NCBI GenBank assembly: GCA_016708565.1
Contig: JADJFN010000001.1
Location: 732,863 to 796,862, forward strand
Direction of reading: 5' to 3'
Length of the DNA stretch: 64,000 nt
DNA from: Myxococcales bacterium
Lineage (GTDB): Bacteria > Myxococcota_A > Polyangia > Haliangiales > Haliangiaceae
Each line of letters starts with the position of its first letter. Position 1 is the first letter of the stretch. The translations under genes were made by a program, and so were the position numbers. The notes beneath the pieces are model-generated. The model had not been told where the DNA came from. It did not search any database and saw nothing but the letters and a program-made list of their open reading frames with translations. Shown here piece after piece: positions 1 to 9,611 of the stretch.

Positions 1-8
1 CTTGTCGC

Positions 9-1073
9 ATGGCCCCACTCGCACGCGTTGCTCCGGCAGTGAGCGACGCGCTGGGCATATGCTCCAGCGTCATGGCACCGACGTTCCGAGTTCAGCTGAC
101 CGAGGCGCTGCGCGGTGCCCACGGACAGCTCCGCACCGAGGTCGGGAAGCAGTCGATCTATGGCTTCGTCGTCTACACGAGCGGCCAGGCGGAGTTCGAC
201 TACGTGTGCGCGTCGGCGAACACGGAGCAGGCGCTGGGCAAGGACGCGGCGCTGCGGTGGAGCGTGCCGGACTGGGAGCACCACGACTTCGCCAAGGCGG
301 TGCGCCAGCTCGCGGTCCCCGGCGACCGCGATGACGCCAAGCTCTACGGCGACATGGTCGCGGCGCTGGCCGCGCTCGACAAGGAGGGCCGGTTCGGCAA
401 GGGCGCCGCGCGGGCGAAGGTCATCCTCAACGTCGTGTGCGGCGACATGAGCGAGGAGTTCTTCGTTCGGGGGCTGAAGAAGCTCAACCCGGCGCCGGTG
501 GCCAAGCGATGGATCACCGAGAACACGCCCGGTCCCTACCTCGACGCGTTGGAGCAGAAGCTGCCGAAGGGCCAGCGCCTGGAGGCCCTGCTGGTGCTGC
601 GCGAGGCGTTGGCCCTCGACCGCGACACCCCCGCGGTGCGCGCGGCGCGGAGCCGGTACGTCACCCAGTACAACCTGGAGCCGCGCATCGCGCGCTTCGG
701 CAGCGTCGCGATCCCGGCGTTGATCGACGCGATCGAGCGCCACGGCTTCGCTCCGGCGTTCAACAAGCCGGGCTCGCCGGCGTGGAAGAAGCACGGCGCG
801 TTCACGGTGGCGAACCAGCTCGCCACCGGATCCGCATTCCTGATCGGCACGTGCGGCGTCCCCGACGAGGCGTCAGTCCAGCGACTGCTCGACATCGTGC
901 GGCGCAAGGTCGCGCTCGACAAGAAGGTCCGCGGCCACGTCTCGACGCTCGCCGAGAACATCGCGCGCGTTCTGCACCGGCAGTTCCCCGCGCGGCTCCC
1001 CGACACGCGCATGAGCGAGACGACCAACCACCTCCTCAACGCGGAGGACTACCTGGGCGCGCGCAGGGCGTAG
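9..1073 (+). CDS. hypothetical protein; the reading frame is open to the window edge, so the true start may lie upstream
   Basis: 354-aa ORF with protein-like composition and no repeats; first in-frame ATG is at 9. Confidence 0.55.
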   Translation: MAPLARVAPAVSDALGICSSVMAPTFRVQLTEALRGAHGQLRTEVGKQSIYGFVVYTSGQAEFDYVCASANTEQALGKDAALRWSVPDWEHHDFAKAVRQLAVPGDRDDAKLYGDMVAALAALDKEGRFGKGAARAKVILNVVCGDMSEEFFVRGLKKLNPAPVAKRWITENTPGPYLDALEQKLPKGQRLEALLVLREALALDRDTPAVRAARSRYVTQYNLEPRIARFGSVAIPALIDAIERHGFAPAFNKPGSPAWKKHGAFTVANQLATGSAFLIGTCGVPDEASVQRLLDIVRRKVALDKKVRGHVSTLAENIARVLHRQFPARLPDTRMSETTNHLLNAEDYLGARRA

Positions 1074-1126
1074 CGCGCCACGGCCGGGCCCCGCAGGTGC
1101 GGCGGCGCGCGGGCGATCCGCGCCCG

Positions 1127-2257
1127 TCAGGTCCGGCGGCCGGACAGCACGGTGAGCGCCGGCGCCGACGCCGGATCGGTGGCGTCGAAGCAGGCCTCGC
1201 AGACGCGGTTGACGCCGCGGAACGCGTCGAGCTCGATGCGCGGCGCGAGGTGTTCGGGCAGGGGCGGCTCGTCGCGCAGCAGATCGGTGGTCAGGTACTT
1301 CTTGTTCGAGTCGGGGAACACCGTGACCACGACCGCGGCGTCGCCGAGCTGCTCGCGCAGGCGCACCGCCGCGAGGAAGTTGGCGCCCGACGAGATGCCG
1401 ACGCCGAGGCCCTGGTGGGCGAGCGCCTGCGCCATGCGGATCGCGTCGCCGTCGTCGATCGCGATGACGGCGTCGAGGGCGTCGAGCTGCACGATCGGCG
1501 GGATGAACTCGTCGGAGATGCCCTGGATGCGGTGGCGGCCGACCTTGTGCCCGGTCGACAGCGTCGGCGAGTTGGCCGGCTCGACCGGGTGCACCTTGAT
1601 CCCGGGCACCTCGCGCTGCAGGTAGCGGCCGACGCCCATGATGGTGCCGCCGGTGCCGACGCCGGCGGTGAACGCGGTCGGGGCGAGTCCCTGCGAGCGG
1701 AGCTGCGCCAGCAACTCAGGGCCGGTGGAGATGGCGTGGGCCACCGGGTTCTCGTCGTTGGCGAACTGGCGGGGCAGGAACGCCCCCGGCGTCTGCGCGG
1801 CCAGCTCCTCGGCTAGCCGGATCGAGCCGAGGAAGCCGCCTTGCTCCTTCGACACCAGGTGGACCGCCGCGCCGAACGAGCGGATGAGCGCCTTGCGCTC
1901 CTCGCTCATCCAGTCGGGCATGAAGATCGCGACCGGGTGACCGAGCGCCCGGCCGATCGCGGCGAACGAGATGCCGGTGTTGCCGCTGGTCGCCTCGATG
2001 ATCAGCCCGCCCGGCCGCAGCGCGCCGGTCTCGATGGCGCGGCGCAGGATGTGCAACGCCATCCGGTCCTTGATCGATCCGGTGAGGTTGAGGTGCTCGG
2101 CCTTGGCGTAGACCGCGCGCAGCGGGCCGCCGTCGAGGCGGTACTCCACCGCGAGCAGCGGCGTGTTGCCGACCAGGACGCGCAGCCCGCGCAGGCGGTG
2201 GATGGTGCGATCTTCGAGCACGGGGCCTCCGCGGACAGCATACCGCCCCGGGGGCAT
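1127..2257 (-). CDS. cysK: cysteine synthase (PLP-dependent, CysK/CysM family) with a ~50-aa C-terminal extension containing a CxxC motif
   Basis: Carries the PLP-lysine motif [12 protein letters not shown] and GNTG and TSGNTG loops over about 310 aa, followed by an extension ending ...[13 protein letters not shown]. Confidence 0.8.
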   Translation of the reverse strand: MPPGRYAVRGGPVLEDRTIHRLRGLRVLVGNTPLLAVEYRLDGGPLRAVYAKAEHLNLTGSIKDRMALHILRRAIETGALRPGGLIIEATSGNTGISFAAIGRALGHPVAIFMPDWMSEERKALIRSFGAAVHLVSKEQGGFLGSIRLAEELAAQTPGAFLPRQFANDENPVAHAISTGPELLAQLRSQGLAPTAFTAGVGTGGTIMGVGRYLQREVPGIKVHPVEPANSPTLSTGHKVGRHRIQGISDEFIPPIVQLDALDAVIAIDDGDAIRMAQALAHQGLGVGISSGANFLAAVRLREQLGDAAVVVTVFPDSNKKYLTTDLLRDEPPLPEHLAPRIELDAFRGVNRVCEACFDATDPASAPALTVLSGRRT

Positions 2258-2303
2258 CGCATCGACGGGCCGGGCTGTCTCGGCTGCGGGAGGCCGGGGC
2301 GGC

Positions 2304-3077
2304 CTACTTCGACGCGCCCGCGTCGGCGGCGCTGTCGTACTGCGCCTCGCAGCTGGCGGCGACCGTCGGGTTGGTGAGCTTGCACTGCTCGATGCCGAGC
2401 CGCCGCACCTGGGCTGGCGTGAACTGGTCGACGCAGAGCACGAGCTTGTCGCCCGACATCGAGCATGCGATCGCTGGCTTGGTCCAGGCGTCCTCCTTGC
2501 AGAGCCGTTCGATCAGCGCGGCGTCGGCGGCGGCCTGCTCCCTCACCCACGCGATCTCGGAGGCGCGCTCGTCCTTCAGGGCCAGCGCGGCGATCGCCTC
2601 GCAAGTGGGCTCGGGCCGCGGCTCGCCGGCGGCGGCGACGGCGCCGAGGACGCCGAGCATGGTCGAGCCGACGTCGACCATGTCGCCGAGGACGGCCTGT
2701 TGGCCCTCGCCGTAGGCCCGCTGCATCGCGGTGGCGACGTGGTCGCGCTGGGCGGCGGTGAGCATGGCCTGGCAGCGCGCGGGGGGGGCGCCCGGCTTGA
2801 CCGCGGCGATGCACGCGCGCAGCTCCGGTGACCATGCGTCGTCCTGACACACCTGGCGCAGGGCCGCCGCGACGCGTTCCCCGATCAGCGCGGCGTTGCG
2901 CTGCTGGCTGGCGGACATGTCCTTGGCGGCCTTGCCCTGGACCTTGACCTGACCAGCCTTGGCGGCGATCTCGTCGCAGCTCGCCGGCCTGGCGGCGCCG
3001 GCCGGGTCGTGCTTCTTGCAGCCCCCGGCGACCGCGCCGGTCAGGAGCCCCACGCTGAGTACCATCGAGAACTTCAT
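2304..3077 (-). CDS. lipoprotein, hypothetical
   Basis: Signal peptide [20 protein letters not shown] with a lipobox Cys; GGAGGAGG RBS just upstream of the ATG; the ORF-table start at 3254 was trimmed to the internal Met. Confidence 0.6.
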   Translation of the reverse strand: MKFSMVLSVGLLTGAVAGGCKKHDPAGAARPASCDEIAAKAGQVKVQGKAAKDMSASQQRNAALIGERVAAALRQVCQDDAWSPELRACIAAVKPGAPPARCQAMLTAAQRDHVATAMQRAYGEGQQAVLGDMVDVGSTMLGVLGAVAAAGEPRPEPTCEAIAALALKDERASEIAWVREQAAADAALIERLCKEDAWTKPAIACSMSGDKLVLCVDQFTPAQVRRLGIEQCKLTNPTVAASCEAQYDSAADAGASK

Positions 3078-3331
3078 CCGCGCTCCTCCTCCGCCCTCGA
3101 CGTAGCCGCACGCGCCGCGGTGCATGCGAGGGCGACGCGCACCATCGCGGGTGCGGTCGACGAAGTCAACCGCGACGGTCGGGCGGCGTGAGGCCTGGGT
3201 GCGGCGCTCGCCGACGCCGGTCGGCGCGTCCGTCGGGGCGGTACGCGACCGCACGCGCGGTCTACGCCGGCGACGGTGCGATCATCGCGCACGAGGACTC
3301 CACCGAGCGCATACTCGCGTTGGGGAATCGC

Positions 3332-4447
3332 ATGGACCGGATCCGCGCCGCGCGACGACGCATGCTGACGGCGACCCTGGCGCTGGTCGTCGCGGCGGGC
3401 GCGCCGACGCCCGCGCCGTCGGGGGCTGACGAGCTTGCGCCGCGCGAGGCCCCCGTGAGCCCGGGCGCGCGGCCCGCGGACGAGCCGGCTCTGCCGCCCG
3501 TGACGCCGTCGCTGGCGCAGCCCGACGCGCCGATCCAGCTCGCGTTCGTCGGTGACGTCATGTTCGGTCGCTACGTCGGAGGGCGCCTGCAGCCGATCCC
3601 GGCGAGCCCGCGGCTGCTGACCGGCGCGCGGGGGCCGCTGACCGCGGCCGATCTGGCCATCGCCAACCTCGAGACGCCGATCGTCGAGGCGCCGCCGCGC
3701 CGCGGGCCGCGCGAGCGCCGGCGCTTCGTCGGCCGCGCCGCCCACGTCGCGCTGCTGGCGGCCGCGGGCATCGACGCGGTCAGCCTCGCCAACAACCACG
3801 CCGACGACATGGACGACGCCGGCGCCGCCGCCACGGTCGCGATCCTGGCGCGGCACGGCGTCACCGCGCTCGGCGCCGCGGTCGCGACGCCGCCCGCGGT
3901 CCGCGTCGAGACCCTCGCGGCCAGCGGGTGGCGCCTCGCGATCGTCGCGGTCACGACGGTGCGCAACCGCAGCCAGCGCGCGGGCGCGCTCGAGTTGCCG
4001 TACCTGGCGCCCGCCGACCTGGCCACCGTCGCCGCGCCGGTGATCGCGCGCGCCCGTCAGGACCACCACCGGGTGATCGTGCTGGTGCACTGGGGCGCCG
4101 AGGGGCGCCACCACCCCGCGCCGTGGCAGCGCCAGGCGGCCCACGCGCTGGTCGACGCCGGCGCCGACCTCGTGATCGGCAGCCACCCGCACGTGTTGCA
4201 GCCGATCGAGCGCTACCGCGACGGCGTCATCGCCTACTCGCTGGGCAACTTCGTCTTCGACAACCGCGCGCCGCGGCAGTCGCGCACCGCGGTGCTGACG
4301 ATCGGGCTCACGCCGGGCGAGCCCTGCGCCGCCGTGGGGGTCACGCCGATGGCGCTCGGGCCCGGCTACCGGCCGCGCCCCGCGGGGCGCGCCGACGCGC
4401 GGCTGGTGCGCGCGGCGCTGGGCACGGTCGCGCCGTGCGCCCGCTGA
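3332..4447 (+). CDS. CapA family metallophosphatase (poly-gamma-glutamate synthesis CapA/PgsA-like)
   Basis: Motifs LAFVGDVMFGR, SLANNHADD, VLVHWGAE, GADLVIGSHPHVLQP and YSLGNFVFD; N-terminal signal-like segment MDRIRAARRRMLTATLALVVAAGA. Confidence 0.8.
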   Translation: MDRIRAARRRMLTATLALVVAAGAPTPAPSGADELAPREAPVSPGARPADEPALPPVTPSLAQPDAPIQLAFVGDVMFGRYVGGRLQPIPASPRLLTGARGPLTAADLAIANLETPIVEAPPRRGPRERRRFVGRAAHVALLAAAGIDAVSLANNHADDMDDAGAAATVAILARHGVTALGAAVATPPAVRVETLAASGWRLAIVAVTTVRNRSQRAGALELPYLAPADLATVAAPVIARARQDHHRVIVLVHWGAEGRHHPAPWQRQAAHALVDAGADLVIGSHPHVLQPIERYRDGVIAYSLGNFVFDNRAPRQSRTAVLTIGLTPGEPCAAVGVTPMALGPGYRPRPAGRADARLVRAALGTVAPCAR

Positions 4448-4462
4448 TCCACGTCGGAGCGC

Positions 4463-4924
4463 CTACTCGACGCTGACGCTCACCTCGACGCCCTTGCACG
4501 GGACGGTCTCGGTGATCTGCAGGAACGAGCCGCCCTCCTGACCGGTGACGTCGAACACGATCGGCCCGCCGGCGACCTCGATGTCGCCCTTCATCTGGCC
4601 GTCGACCGCGCCGCCGCTGGCCTTCAGGTAGGCCGTGCCCAGGCCGGCGCCCTCGGGGCCGGTGCCGGTGATGATGATCTTGACCGGCTCGTCGGTCGGG
4701 ATGTCGAACTTGGCGTAGCCGGTGGCCCGGCACGGCGCGGTGAACGTGAAGGTGTCGCCCCGGTGATACAGCGGCGCGTCGGCCATGGTGTCGCCGATGC
4801 CCGACGCGGCCTCGCCGCCACCGCCGCCGCCCGCGGTCGCCTTCTTGCCGAGCATGCTGCAGCCCGTGGTCAGAGAGATCAGGAGAGCCCCGGCGGCCAG
4901 GGCGCGCTTCGCAGTGATGGTCAT
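4463..4924 (-). CDS. lipoprotein, hypothetical (Gly-rich)
   Basis: Signal plus lipobox MTITAKRALAAGALLISLTTGC; start trimmed from the ORF-table 5011. Confidence 0.55.
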   Translation of the reverse strand: MTITAKRALAAGALLISLTTGCSMLGKKATAGGGGGGEAASGIGDTMADAPLYHRGDTFTFTAPCRATGYAKFDIPTDEPVKIIITGTGPEGAGLGTAYLKASGGAVDGQMKGDIEVAGGPIVFDVTGQEGGSFLQITETVPCKGVEVSVSVE

Positions 4925-5044
4925 GCTCGGGTAGAGGATCGGCTGGCAGAAACGTGACGCGCGGGGCTGCCGATTTCGGTAAGCCGGGGCGGGCCGCCGG
5001 GGCTCTATCATCCGTCGCCTCGCGACGAGGCGCGGAGGTCAACC

Positions 5045-6553
5045 GTGAGGCATCGACGGAGTTGCGGTCGCGCCCGCTGGGCCCTGGCCGGCGCGCTCAC
5101 CGCGGCGGCGTGTGCGGGCCAGCCGACGTCGCTGGTGGCCCCCGCCACCGCGCCCGCCCCGCGGCCCGACGAGGCGCGCGCGGCCGGTGGGTTCATGCTG
5201 CTCACCGACGTGCCGGGCGTGGCGCCGGGCGGCATGTGGCCGATCGCGCTCGGCGGCGCGGGCTTCATCGCCGCGGGCGGCCGCCTGGCGACGGTGTCCG
5301 TGGGGCGCGTGGCGCTGGTGGAGCCGGCCCAGGCCGCGGACTGGATGTGCGTCGCCGCCGACGGCCAGCGCACGCTGGTCGTGGATCGCGAGGCGGTGCT
5401 GCAGGCGCCGCGGTTCGGTGCCCCGCTGGCGCGGCTGGGCGAGCTCCGCGATCTCGTCGGCGGCGACACCGTCATCTACGAGCAGGACGGCGTGGTGCAG
5501 ACCGCGACCTGCGCGGGCGAGCCTGCAGGGCCGGCGGAGATGCGCCCCGACCTGGTCGCCGCGCGCGCGGTCACCGCGACGTCGATCGTCGCGCCGGCCG
5601 CCGACAGCGACGGCGAGCTGATCGGCCTGGACCTCGGCGGGGCCGATCCGGCGGCGCGTCGCTGGACGCGGATCGGCCGCTATCACGGGTGCGCGCCGAT
5701 CGCCCTGCGCGCGGCGCTGTTCGAGTGCACGCGCGACGGCCGCGCCGTCGTGGTGCGGGTCGATCCCGACGGCGAGGCGCGCGAGGAGCGCGCGGTGGTG
5801 GAGGACCCCGCGCGCAACGACCTGCGGGCCGGCATCGACGTGGTGTCGCCGGAGGTGGCGATGAGCGGCGACGGCGGCGTCGCGGGCCTGGGCGGCTGCG
5901 ACGGGGCGCGGCGCCACGCCGCGTGCGTGCGCCAGCCCGACGGGACCTGGGCGACGGTCGCCGCCCCGGCCGCGCTGCGCGATGCGATGGTGCGGTTCCA
6001 CCCGTTCACGCCGGACTACGGCCCCCGCGGCGCCCCGCCGATGCTGCTGCCATCGCCGGCCGGTGAGCTGTTCGCGGTCTTCACGCCGCGCCGCGATCGC
6101 GACCAGCGGGTGATCGCGCGGGTCGGCGGGCGCGCCGCGGTCGCCGTGCGCGGGCTGCCCGACTGGTTCTTCGCCGACGGCGCGGCGACCGATCCGGCGA
6201 GCTGGACCACGAGCGCCGGCGGGCTCCGCGCCTGGCCGCTGGCCCGGGGCACCGGCGCGGCCGTCGCGACGTGCGGGATCGACATCGATCTGCGGGGGGC
6301 GGCCACGGCGGCGTGTCGGCCCGGGCCGGTGTGGGCCAGCGGCGCCGACGGCGTGCAGCGGCGGCCCGACGGCAGCTTCGTCGAGACCACCGACGCCGGC
6401 CGCACCTGGCAGCCGCTCACGCTGCCGCCCGGCTGGGACGCGGCCGGGGCACGCGTCGAGTGCTTCGCGCTGGGCTGCGCCTTCGGGATCTACCTGCGGT
6501 TGGGCTGGTCACCGCGCCGCGGGATCGTCGCCGCGCGCCGCGAGGGCGCGTAG
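5045..6553 (+). CDS. lipoprotein, hypothetical, with a BNR/sialidase-type repeat motif
   Basis: GTG start; signal RARWALAGALTAAAC with lipobox; C-terminal ETTDAGRTWQPL matches the BNR motif SxDxGxTW. Confidence 0.6.
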   Translation: MRHRRSCGRARWALAGALTAAACAGQPTSLVAPATAPAPRPDEARAAGGFMLLTDVPGVAPGGMWPIALGGAGFIAAGGRLATVSVGRVALVEPAQAADWMCVAADGQRTLVVDREAVLQAPRFGAPLARLGELRDLVGGDTVIYEQDGVVQTATCAGEPAGPAEMRPDLVAARAVTATSIVAPAADSDGELIGLDLGGADPAARRWTRIGRYHGCAPIALRAALFECTRDGRAVVVRVDPDGEAREERAVVEDPARNDLRAGIDVVSPEVAMSGDGGVAGLGGCDGARRHAACVRQPDGTWATVAAPAALRDAMVRFHPFTPDYGPRGAPPMLLPSPAGELFAVFTPRRDRDQRVIARVGGRAAVAVRGLPDWFFADGAATDPASWTTSAGGLRAWPLARGTGAAVATCGIDIDLRGAATAACRPGPVWASGADGVQRRPDGSFVETTDAGRTWQPLTLPPGWDAAGARVECFALGCAFGIYLRLGWSPRRGIVAARREGA

Positions 6554-6573
6554 CGCACGCGCTCGTCGTGGCC

Positions 6574-7056
6574 TCAGCCCGCGGCCTCGCCGGCGAGGTA
6601 CTCGGCCAGTTTGTCCATCGTGCCGTTGCCGATCTCGACCGCGCCGAAGCCGATCACCGCGTCGCGCCGCGCCTTGGTCGGGTGGAGCTGGCGCAGCGTC
6701 AGCACGGTCTTGCCGTTGCTCTGGGCGTCGAGCGTGATCGTCACGCGGAACACGTCGGGGGCGTCGTCCCGGTCGGCGCCGTGATCGAACACCAGCCGCG
6801 ACGGCGCGGTGATCTCGAGGAAGGTGATCCGGTTGTCGTAGATGACGCCGTTGTCGCCGACGAAGTCGAACCGCAGCGCGCCGCCGACGCGGATGTCGGC
6901 GTGGCGGATCCGGCAGTGGAAGCCGCGCGGCGCGAACCACGCGCCGACCCGCTCGGCCTCGGTCCACGCGCGGAACACGCGCTCGCGCGGCGCGTCGAGC
7001 ACGCGCGTGAGCACCACCTCGCGCGCCATGTCCCAGGTCGGATCGGGGGTCGTCAT
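6574..7056 (-). CDS. SRPBCC-superfamily protein (Aha1-like activator-of-Hsp90-ATPase domain)
   Basis: 160 aa beginning MTTPDPTWDMAREVVLTRVLDAPRERVFRAWTEAE; 4-nt ATGA overlap with the ArsR gene upstream. Confidence 0.75.
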   Translation of the reverse strand: MTTPDPTWDMAREVVLTRVLDAPRERVFRAWTEAERVGAWFAPRGFHCRIRHADIRVGGALRFDFVGDNGVIYDNRITFLEITAPSRLVFDHGADRDDAPDVFRVTITLDAQSNGKTVLTLRQLHPTKARRDAVIGFGAVEIGNGTMDKLAEYLAGEAAG

Positions 7057-7379
7057 GCGTCGGTCTCCTTGAGGTAGTCGGCCAGGCGATCGAGCCGCTC
7101 GTCCCACGCGCGGCGGGTGTGCTCGGCCCACCGGGTGACGTCGTCGAGCGCCGCGGCGCGCAGCGCGCACGGACGCTTCTTCGCGTCGCGGCTGCGCGTG
7201 ATCAGGCCCGCGCGCTCGAGCACCTTCAGGTGTCGCGAGATCGCCGGCAGGCTCATCGCGAACGGCGCCGCGAGCTCGGTCACCGACGCGTCGCCGCGCG
7301 CCAGCCGCGCGACGATCGCGCGGCGGGTCGGATCGGCCAGCGCCGCGAACGTGCGGTCGAGCGTGGGGTCGGATTGCAT
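7053..7379 (-). CDS. ArsR/SmtB family transcriptional regulator
   Basis: HTH segment DPTRRAIVARLARGDASVTELAAPFAMSLPAISRHLKVLERAGLI; ATG at MQSDP chosen over the TTG start in the ORF table. Confidence 0.8.
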   Translation of the reverse strand: MQSDPTLDRTFAALADPTRRAIVARLARGDASVTELAAPFAMSLPAISRHLKVLERAGLITRSRDAKKRPCALRAAALDDVTRWAEHTRRAWDERLDRLADYLKETDA

Positions 7380-7478
7380 CGCCTGAATTCCCTGTGTCTT
7401 CAAATCAGTTAACGCGATGGTTAAGTCATGTCAAGGACGATCTGGCCCCTGCGCGGCCCGGTGGCGCGCCGCGGCTCC

Positions 7479-8621
7479 TCAGCGGCTGACGACGATCAGC
7501 GTGGCGCCGTCGGCGGTCACGGCGGTGCACGCCTCGGGCGCGAGGCGCAGCTCGCCGAGGTCGTCGAGCCGGTCGGCGCTGGCGTCGCACACCAGCAGGC
7601 GCGGGCCGGCCAGCACGACGCGATGGCCGGGCGCGTAGTGGACCCGGCGCTCGTCGATGGCCGGGACCGCGTGGACGGCGGCGCTGACGGTGCGGCCGTC
7701 GCGCGGGTCGAGCCGGCGCGCGATCAGCACGAGCGGCGCGTCGCCGATCGCCGCGTCGAGCTGCGCCGCCAGCGCGGGCTCCTCCGCGCGCAGGTGCGCG
7801 AGCGCGTCGCCGGCGTCCTGAGTCAGCGCCGCGCGCTGCTCAAGACACGCGCTCGTGAGATCGCCCGTGGCCGCGTCGACGTGCGCCGCCAGCAGCGTGT
7901 TGGAGGCGAGCGGCTCGACGGCGCGGACCAGCGGTAGCGGAAAGCCGGGCGCCGCCGGACCCGCCGCGGCGCCGGCCCGGGTCCACGGCGTCGCGTCGTA
8001 GATGCGCACCTCGTAGGGCCAGGCCCAGACGCAGCCGAACGTCACCAGGCGCGCGCCATCGAGCGCGAGCCGGAAGTCGACGTGGCAGAAGTCGGTCGAC
8101 GTCTGCTCGTCGAACCGGCCCAGCACCTCGCCGCCCGCCGCGTCGAGCATGCGCACGCTCATGTAGCCGGGCGCCGCGACGAACAGCGCCTCGCGTCCGT
8201 CGGGGAGCACGTCGAAGCACGGCCGCGCGGTGCCGTAGCCTGCCTCGAGCTCGCTGACGATCCGCCCGCCGTCGAGATCGACCAGCCGGCCGTGGGCGCC
8301 GTCGACGAACGCGGAGCGCCCCGACGGCGAGGCGGTGAGCTCCGGCGCCTCGAGCGCCGGCGGGAGCGCGACGCGCGCCGCGCACCGCCAGCGATCGTCG
8401 CCGCGTTCCCAGCGCGCCACGACGCCGGCCGCGTCGAGCGCCACCAGCCCGCGCCGGGTCGCGGCGGCGGCGACGACGCCGGGCAGCTCGAGCGCCACCG
8501 CGGGCTCACCGCGGACGTCGACCACGCGCGCCCCGTCGCCCAGCAGCGCGACGAAGCCGTCGTCGAGCACCACCGGCGCGGCCGGCGGCCCGCCGCCCGA
8601 TCGTAGCTCCACGATCCGCAT
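7479..8621 (-). CDS. hypothetical protein
   Basis: 380-aa ORF with non-repetitive composition (FCHVDF, WAWPYEVRIYDATPW); no domain recognised. Confidence 0.45.
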   Translation of the reverse strand: MRIVELRSGGGPPAAPVVLDDGFVALLGDGARVVDVRGEPAVALELPGVVAAAATRRGLVALDAAGVVARWERGDDRWRCAARVALPPALEAPELTASPSGRSAFVDGAHGRLVDLDGGRIVSELEAGYGTARPCFDVLPDGREALFVAAPGYMSVRMLDAAGGEVLGRFDEQTSTDFCHVDFRLALDGARLVTFGCVWAWPYEVRIYDATPWTRAGAAAGPAAPGFPLPLVRAVEPLASNTLLAAHVDAATGDLTSACLEQRAALTQDAGDALAHLRAEEPALAAQLDAAIGDAPLVLIARRLDPRDGRTVSAAVHAVPAIDERRVHYAPGHRVVLAGPRLLVCDASADRLDDLGELRLAPEACTAVTADGATLIVVSR

Positions 8622-8681
8622 CGCCCTAGCTGACCATGCCAGCGCGCCGCGCGTCGACCGCGGCGCTGCGCGAGTCGACGA

Positions 8682-9611
8682 TCAGAAGTTGACGCCGGCG
8701 CCGGCGGTCACGAGCACGGGTCGCGCCACGACGTCGACCGAGACCGCGCCGACGTGGACCGACTCGTAGAGCGGGAACGCGGGGGTCCGCACGTGGATGT
8801 TGTCGACGCGCGCGGCGATGGCGTAGCCGCTGAGCGCCTTGACGTCGAGGGTGGCGTGGACGCGCCCGGCCACCCGCACGTCGAGGCCGAGCTGCCCCAC
8901 CGCCGAGACCGCGTCGTCGATCGCGAGGTGCGGCGTCGCGACCTCGGTCAAGATCGGGTTGGTGATCGTCGCGTCGTAGGCGTGGAAGTAGCTGACGCCG
9001 ACGCCGACGTAGGGGCGCACGCGGTGGCCGCGGCGTGCGCGGTACACGACCGTGACGATCGGCGGCAGCGCCTTGGTCCGGCCGAGCTCGGGGCCCAGCG
9101 GCGGGATGCCGGTGGGGACGGTGTCGAGCACCATCGGCGCGAGCGACTGCTCGGCGATGGTGCCCTTGGCCCGCAGCTCGAACGTCACCGGCGGCGCCAG
9201 CACGGTCTCGACGCCGAGCTCGCCCTCCCAGGCCGGGACGGCGTAGCCGACCAGCAGCGCCGGCGTGGTGATCGAGGTGAGGTCGGTGGACGAGCCCGCG
9301 ATCGGGCCGTTCTCGACGGCGAGGCTGGCGGGGCCGGCGACGCCGGACAGCACGACCGCCCCGCTCGAGGCGTGCGGCGTGACGTGCAGGATACCGGCGC
9401 GCAGGTGCCAGGTGCCCCGGCGGGGCGTGGGCCCAGCGCCGTGCCGGCGGCGGCGGGGGCCGGGGGCGGGCGCCGGTTCGGGCGGCCCGGCGTCGACCGC
9501 CGGCTGCCCATCCTCGTCCTCGAGGACGATATCGTCGAGGTCGATCGGCGCCTCGGCGAGCGCGGTCGCCGCGGTCGCCGCCAGCGCGACAAAGATGCCG
9601 GCGGCGCGCAT
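8682..9611 (-). CDS. outer-membrane beta-barrel protein, putative (OmpW/porin-like)
   Basis: Signal MRAAGIFVALAATAATALAEAP, alternating amphipathic strands and C-terminal ...AGVNF. Only the last 309 codons of the 1325-aa table ORF are used. ATGA overlap with the upstream gene. Confidence 0.6.
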   Translation of the reverse strand: MRAAGIFVALAATAATALAEAPIDLDDIVLEDEDGQPAVDAGPPEPAPAPGPRRRRHGAGPTPRRGTWHLRAGILHVTPHASSGAVVLSGVAGPASLAVENGPIAGSSTDLTSITTPALLVGYAVPAWEGELGVETVLAPPVTFELRAKGTIAEQSLAPMVLDTVPTGIPPLGPELGRTKALPPIVTVVYRARRGHRVRPYVGVGVSYFHAYDATITNPILTEVATPHLAIDDAVSAVGQLGLDVRVAGRVHATLDVKALSGYAIAARVDNIHVRTPAFPLYESVHVGAVSVDVVARPVLVTAGAGVNF

